This document shows, piece after piece, positions 57,226 to 61,496 of a stretch of 61,496 bases of DNA (position 1 is the first letter of the stretch; the number at the start of each line of letters is the position of its first letter). A program made the position numbers and the translations under genes. The DNA is from a virus. The notes under the pieces are model-generated. The model saw only the letters and a list, made by a program, of their open reading frames with translations, did no database searches and was not told where the DNA came from. The DNA is taken from UHGV virus genome UHGV-1354897; one strand, 5' to 3'.

Positions 57226-57507
57226 TTAAGCCTCCGAACTAACATTAACTAAAGAATTTACCCAACGACCTTCTTCGAAAGGAAACTTGCAGATATATTC
57301 GGATTTACCCATATCCTCATACCATTTGTCGTAATCGTCGCATTCGTCTATATAAGGTTCCTTTTCATATGCGTATAGATCTTCGCATTTATCAACCGCA
57401 AGCCAGTTTGCCCAGGCAGGTACTACAACCTGAGTCCCAAAATAGTTAACAATCTTTTTCCCCTCTTCTACACGCATTCTTCTTTCCTCTATATATTTTT
57501 CTGCCAT
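57226..57507 (-). CDS. hypothetical protein, paralog of 56593..56895
   Basis: See the 56593..56895 entry. Confidence 0.6.
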   Translation of the reverse strand: MAEKYIEERRMRVEEGKKIVNYFGTQVVVPAWANWLAVDKCEDLYAYEKEPYIDECDDYDKWYEDMGKSEYICKFPFEEGRWVNSLVNVSSEA

Positions 57508-57845
57508 TCACGAACAGTTTCTAACATAGATTTATAATCGTCATCCCAATCATAATTCTCAACATCCTTTTGAAGTTTGGCGATCATTTCTTCAAGGCTG
57601 TTAGCTGGTAAGTAGCTTTCACCAAATGCAGCAAGACGTTTCTGATAATCGGGGCTTTGTTCATCCACCCAGCCAAATTCAGCTTCAAATGAATCACAAC
57701 CAGAGCACGATCCATAAGAACCTTCACAAACCCCCAATACACCATCTTTTCTTATCAGGGCAAGCCATTCACCCTGATAACAACCAAACTCAACAAAATC
57801 TAATACTTCGCATCCAGCAGCTTCTAATGCTAATTGGTAAGACAT
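57489..57845 (-). CDS. hypothetical acidic protein
   Basis: 118-aa ORF; Cys cluster CEGSYGSCSGC. Confidence 0.55.
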   Translation of the reverse strand: MSYQLALEAAGCEVLDFVEFGCYQGEWLALIRKDGVLGVCEGSYGSCSGCDSFEAEFGWVDEQSPDYQKRLAAFGESYLPANSLEEMIAKLQKDVENYDWDDDYKSMLETVREWQKNI

Positions 57846-58087
57846 TCTTCTTGCTCCTCTACATATTTAGTGACACATTTTTGAAAATTAAGAACGATAT
57901 TTTTCTCTTTTACGGAGTGAAATTTAACACGTTCCGGGCAGATAATCCAGCCTTTAAAACGTTGAGTAGCGTCATTCCATGCAGCACGACCATAATAGCC
58001 GCGATATGGACCTAATCGCATTGTATTTACCTCTGTAACCACATTGTTGGAGGAGTTTGTCGTGGTGCTTGCGCTGGGGTCGCACAT
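57830..58087 (-). CDS. hypothetical protein
   Basis: 85-aa ORF with AGGAGG RBS. Confidence 0.55.
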   Translation of the reverse strand: MCDPSASTTTNSSNNVVTEVNTMRLGPYRGYYGRAAWNDATQRFKGWIICPERVKFHSVKEKNIVLNFQKCVTKYVEEQEECLTN

Positions 58088-58455
58088 AAATACCTCCTTG
58101 ATGCTCTAAAAACTGGTGAGAATTGATAGAAATTGGTTGCATCCGCTTAAAGATGGTAGCTATGGGTAGCTACAAGACGGATTATACGTTGACGACTCAG
58201 AATTTACTACCAAAATCCATATATTTAGAAAGGATGAGTGCAATATATTCAAAAAGAAGGTAGGTGGGGTCATGGATGTAGGTGGATAGGCTATGTGACA
58301 GGTGAGATTTAGACAAGGACTTACTATCAGGATGGACAGGGCACGCCCCGGCGATCCAAGTACCTGGAAAAGGATGGGTCGGGTCGCGCGGCTGGGCCTG
58401 CGTGGGTCGGTGTGCGCTGTGCGAGCTGTGCGCGACGCTGTGCGCCTGTTTCGCC

Positions 58456-58494
58456 CGAGCTAATGCATTACCATTACCTTTGTGCATTAGCTCG
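58456..58494. promoter_or_regulatory. perfect 12-bp inverted repeat (CGAGCTAATGCA / TGCATTAGCTCG) with 15-nt loop, in a GC-rich repeat-laden noncoding region
   Basis: Direct reading; neighbourhood also has GCTGTGCG repeats, GTAGGTGG repeats and palindrome GTAGCTATGGGTAGCTAC near 58158..58175. Confidence 0.5.
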
Positions 58495-58514
58495 CTAGCG
58501 TGGCGCTGTGTGCG

Positions 58515-58673
58515 TTATAGCGCGGTTCCCCATTTCCGTTCGTGGCGCTCTGCATACCGCTGTTCCATTACTTCGTTGTATTTGCGATCCCATTTAGCAT
58601 CACATACTTCGGTTACAATTAGTGCCACCAGTGGACCAACTACCGCAACGACCATCATGATTAAAATTAACAT
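58515..58673 (-). CDS. putative small membrane protein (52 aa)
   Basis: ACGGAGG RBS before ATG at 58673; hydrophobic N-terminus MLILIMMVVAVVGPLVALIV. Confidence 0.4.
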   Translation of the reverse strand: MLILIMMVVAVVGPLVALIVTEVCDAKWDRKYNEVMEQRYAERHERKWGTAL

Positions 58674-58729
58674 TTTGTACCTCCGTATTTGGTTGATGTG
58701 TGTAGTATCCACCAGACCGATCATGTTGT

Positions 58730-58873
58730 CTAGGCATTTTGTGCTATTAATTGCGCGTAGAACTCGCGCCCTGTCTGCATAGCCTGCGCCCATGTAGTCT
58801 CTTCGTACTCCATGCGCATGACCTGCAATAATAACGCGTGCTGTGCGCGTGTAAGCGTGTATTTGCGTGACAT
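58730..58873 (-). CDS. putative small protein (47 aa)
   Basis: Hand-translated ORF MSRKYTLTRAQHALLLQVMRMEYEE... with GAGG RBS; below ORF-track cutoff. Confidence 0.3.
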   Translation of the reverse strand: MSRKYTLTRAQHALLLQVMRMEYEETTWAQAMQTGREFYAQLIAQNA

Positions 58874-58874
58874 G

Positions 58875-59024
58875 TTAATATACCTCTACCAGTTTAACGA
58901 TGGCGCTAAAATCAGCGATTCCAAGTTGCATCTCTGAGCGGACGAAACCTTCTGCGGCTGCACGGTTCGGAGCTTTAACGTCTCCAATGTAGTTACCGTA
59001 GTACATGACTTTAAACTTTCTCAT
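58875..59024 (-). CDS. putative small protein (49 aa)
   Basis: Hand-translated ORF MRKFKVMYYGNYIGDVKAPNRAAAEGF... with GGTGGAGG RBS; stop coupled to the next start. Confidence 0.35.
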   Translation of the reverse strand: MRKFKVMYYGNYIGDVKAPNRAAAEGFVRSEMQLGIADFSAIVKLVEVY

Positions 59025-59247
59025 TTTATTTTCCTCCACCTTTCGGCTTTATCTTTCCTTTGACTATATAGTACGCCATGACTTGATCTATGTCTAGGCC
59101 AAACGTGGCATTTTAGCGTAGCGTTGCTGCAAAGCTGTAGATGCAAAACAATTCTAAAATAGCACTTTTGGCCTATTCAATATCACGATGCAAGGCTATT
59201 ATTACTTCAACAAAGCAATACTGCTTAACCACATTAAGGGTTACATC

Positions 59248-59400
59248 ATGGAATTCAAATTAGTGGAACTCGAGTCCGGTAAAATAGCTGGTTATGTATC
59301 TGCCCCAAGCTGGGAGGAGGCTGAAATCTTCTTAATGGGTCAGTTCGATATGTACATTAGCGACATCTACAAGGAATACGATTTAGTCCAAATTAAGTGA
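59248..59400 (+). CDS. small acidic protein (50 aa), first gene of the rightward block
   Basis: AAGGGT RBS before ATG at 59248; Glu/Asp-rich. Confidence 0.5.
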   Translation: MEFKLVELESGKIAGYVSAPSWEEAEIFLMGQFDMYISDIYKEYDLVQIK

Positions 59401-59441
59401 TTTATATCTTGCCTAGTTGATCCAACTGGGCAATAATAAGT
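59398..59441 (+). repeat. 44-nt intergenic element, copy 1 (TGATTTATATCTTGCCTA...TAATAATAAGT)
   Basis: Starts on the TGA stop codon; contains an imperfect hairpin; near-identical flanks shared with 59971..60014. Confidence 0.6.
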
Positions 59442-59469
59442 CAACTTAAACAAAACGAGGATATACATC

Positions 59470-59973
59470 ATGGCTACCAAACTAATTGGCAAGGGTGCTT
59501 TCACTAAAGCATACCTTCTGGATTCAGGTCGCGTACTTCTAAAATCTTGCGACCCTATTAAAGAATGCATGGCGTGGGGATGGTTTCCTGAGCATGAATT
59601 ATTTCCCCATGTCACAATGATAGACACAGGAGTCTACGAAATGGATTATTATCCTCGTGTTCGCAGCTTAAAGAGCGCTTTACAACCTGAGCAATACGCA
59701 CTCTATAAACAACTCCGCAGCTTGTGCGCAGGGTTAGAGATGCCGCGTAATACATATGACAACTATAGCTATCTATATGATGTTTTCAGTAATAGCGACC
59801 TGGCCCAAGACATTAAAGATGTGCTCCTGGAAGCTTTGGATGCTTGCGCTAATATTGGTCCGCAAATGTGGTTTGAAATCAGTCCTCGCAATGTGGCGGT
59901 AAAAAACGGAAAACTTGTTTTGCTGGATGTTTTCTTTTGTACACAAGCTCTAAAGAATATCAGAAATAGTTGA
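59470..59973 (+). CDS. minimal protein-kinase-like protein (T7 gp0.7-like)
   Basis: Gly-rich loop LIGKGAFTKAY, candidate Lys in RVLLKS, catalytic-loop-like ISPRNVAVKNGKLVLLDVFF; only 167 aa. Confidence 0.45.
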   Translation: MATKLIGKGAFTKAYLLDSGRVLLKSCDPIKECMAWGWFPEHELFPHVTMIDTGVYEMDYYPRVRSLKSALQPEQYALYKQLRSLCAGLEMPRNTYDNYSYLYDVFSNSDLAQDIKDVLLEALDACANIGPQMWFEISPRNVAVKNGKLVLLDVFFCTQALKNIRNS

Positions 59974-60014
59974 TTTATATCTTGCCTACTTCAACTTAGT
60001 AGGTAATAATAAGT
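59971..60014 (+). repeat. 44-nt intergenic element, copy 2
   Basis: TGATTTATATCTTGCCTACTTCAACTTAGTAGGTAATAATAAGT; same flanks as copy 1, different central hairpin. Confidence 0.6.
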
Positions 60015-60059
60015 ACAACTTAGCAAGACTACTAAACAATCCAACAGAAGGAATATACC

Positions 60060-60674
60060 ATGTCTAAAGTAACCCACCGCGAACAGGATAAAATGCGCTA
60101 CACCATGAAAACGAATGCACGCCGCGCTCTGAAGACCCGCTGGGGCCAGGTTGCACGCGATGCACACGAACAGCTTATCCATCAGGACGACATTGGTTTT
60201 TACATTATCGAGAAGGAAGTCCTTCAGGTGCTGCGCGATCACGAAAAAGCGCAACAGCCGGAGCACAAAGTCCCGGCACCGACCGCCGCGCCAGCTGCCA
60301 GCGTCTCGGTACTGCGCCCGATGGTAAATCCGGAAATTGTCAAAAGCTGCCTCGAAGCTCTGGAGCAGGAGGAAGAGAAAGATATGAAACATGCAAAAGC
60401 TGCCACGCAGGTTTCTGAAATCAAAATCGAAGAGCCAAAAGCTGCCGCGCCAAAACAGGATGTAAAAGCTGCTCGCTGTGATTTCAAAAATGGCGCTCGC
60501 AAGCCTCTGAAAGGAAAAACTGCCGAAGTGTGGGCAATGGGTGACAAACTTTTAGCCGAACTGGGCCGCACGCCGGAGCTGAAAGAAATGAAAGCTGCAA
60601 TGCCTTCTTACAACGGGACGACGGTAGCCATTCAGTTCTACGCTTGGCGCAAATATAACGGCCTGGACGCATAA
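60060..60674 (+). CDS. Ala/Pro/Lys-rich protein sharing a C-terminal domain with the 14954..15757 product
   Basis: C-terminus NGARKP...EVWAMGDKLLAELGR...AIQFYAWRKYNGL aligns with NGVRRP...RAWALMDQISATLGQ...KTQYARWKKFNGV; GC-richer than neighbours by eye. Confidence 0.65.
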   Translation: MSKVTHREQDKMRYTMKTNARRALKTRWGQVARDAHEQLIHQDDIGFYIIEKEVLQVLRDHEKAQQPEHKVPAPTAAPAASVSVLRPMVNPEIVKSCLEALEQEEEKDMKHAKAATQVSEIKIEEPKAAAPKQDVKAARCDFKNGARKPLKGKTAEVWAMGDKLLAELGRTPELKEMKAAMPSYNGTTVAIQFYAWRKYNGLDA

Positions 60675-60729
60675 TCTATAACCACACTGTTCACTGACGG
60701 GCTTCTGCGGGAGCCCTAAGGATAAGAAG

Positions 60730-60906
60730 ATGCAATTAGATAGTTTCGCAACTCAATACTTAAAAGACCTTCAGCGTCGTGTGAATGAAGCACGTGCCAA
60801 AGAAGGCCTTAAACCTCTAAACCAGTCCCAGCTTGTTGGCGAATTAATCGAGCAAGCTGCCACTCAGTCAACATTATTCGTCGGCTCTGTGTTCGTAAGG
60901 AAATAA
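60730..60906 (+). CDS. hypothetical small protein (58 aa)
   Basis: AAGGA RBS before ATG at 60730; stop coupled to the next start. Confidence 0.45.
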   Translation: MQLDSFATQYLKDLQRRVNEARAKEGLKPLNQSQLVGELIEQAATQSTLFVGSVFVRK

Positions 60907-60907
60907 T

Positions 60908-61234
60908 ATGAAAAAGTTCATCCGCTCTTACACTGACATCCGAGGCTTGCGAAAAGGAACGGTTTATGAAGTTGCCGACTTCGGAAATAAAATATTGGTC
61001 CCTTATTACAATAAAGACGAAAAGCCGGTTCCAATGACCAGCGTATGCTTCACCCGCCTTATGCAGGACAAGTTCCTTGTAGAAGTGCAACCGATGCGCA
61101 AAGAAGGCACATCCGAAATCTGGTTTGTGCACCGCCAGGAACCGGATAGTATTTGGTCCGACTGGATAAGCGAAAAACTGTCGGGTATTATGTCCGACGA
61201 TACGCTAGCCCACTTCACACCTGTACAGCTCTAA
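60908..61234 (+). CDS. hypothetical protein
   Basis: 108-aa ORF with AAGGAA RBS. Confidence 0.6.
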   Translation: MKKFIRSYTDIRGLRKGTVYEVADFGNKILVPYYNKDEKPVPMTSVCFTRLMQDKFLVEVQPMRKEGTSEIWFVHRQEPDSIWSDWISEKLSGIMSDDTLAHFTPVQL

Positions 61235-61436
61235 AATACTCCCGGGCCAGCCCTCCTACTGGTCCGGTTAACCGCGCAATAAAGTCCTCCTCCAATATCT
61301 CGCGATTAAGCGCATTATAGCTTGATATACCTTCCGATCACAATAGTTCAATAAATTTCCCTCAAAAGCACTTGACTTCTCATTTTTGATCTGCATCCGT
61401 TCAGGTTTATGAAAATTTATAGAGTTTATATAATGA

Positions 61437-61490
61437 CCATAAACTCGTCAAATAATACCAATAGGTACTATATACATTAATAATAAATCC
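61437..61490. repeat. terminal direct repeat, right copy (identical to 1..54)
   Basis: Exact 54-nt match to the window start. Confidence 0.8.
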
Positions 61491-61496
61491 CCAAAC

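Noticed and set aside
58197-58487. 96-aa reverse ORF (His/Ser-rich) and overlapping 126-aa forward ORF in the GC-rich repeat region
   Set aside because: Low-complexity translations with no RBS; the region is better explained as noncoding repeats, though this is not proven.
61235-61270. Terminator after the last rightward gene
   Set aside because: A hairpin (CCGGGCCAG...CTGGTCCGG) exists but lacks a following T run; left uncalled.
1-61496. CRISPR arrays, integrase, transposase or other mobile elements
   Set aside because: No regularly spaced direct repeats of CRISPR type and no recombinase or transposase motifs recognised; the genome looks like a lytic phage.

Overview
The window appears to be a complete or near-complete ~61.4 kb tailed dsDNA phage genome of enterobacterial type. 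The first 54 nt (1..54) are repeated exactly at 61437..61490, which is either terminal redundancy or a circular-assembly overlap. Layout: a rightward early/replication block (about 59248..61234, continuing across the ends to 467..26619) and a leftward block (59024 down to 26654) holding small unknown genes, the lysis cassette, terminase, portal, scaffold, capsid, lambda-like tail genes, tail fibers and five unusual accessory genes. The two blocks converge on a bidirectional terminator at 26622..26648. The rightward block encodes a full replisome/recombination set (AEP primase-helicase, SF2 helicase, family-B-like DNA polymerase, sliding-clamp-like protein, ligase, RNase H, Sak4-like ATPase, DUF669-like protein, Cas4-like nuclease, resolvase-like nuclease, dUTPase) and a 7-deazaguanine pathway (FolE, QueD, QueE, QueC, YhhQ-like transporter, DpdA-like transglycosylase), as in Queuovirinae-type siphoviruses. 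That pathway is known biology; the candidate novelties are the unknown ORFs inside it, a T7-gp0.7-like mini kinase, two paralogous low-complexity proteins, an HslV-like/C39-like/DUF2493 gene group, an isolated opposite-strand gene in the tail-fiber module and several repeat-rich noncoding regions. All calls are from manual reading of the sequence and ORF track; no database search was run. No tRNA, rRNA, CRISPR array, integrase or transposase was recognised.
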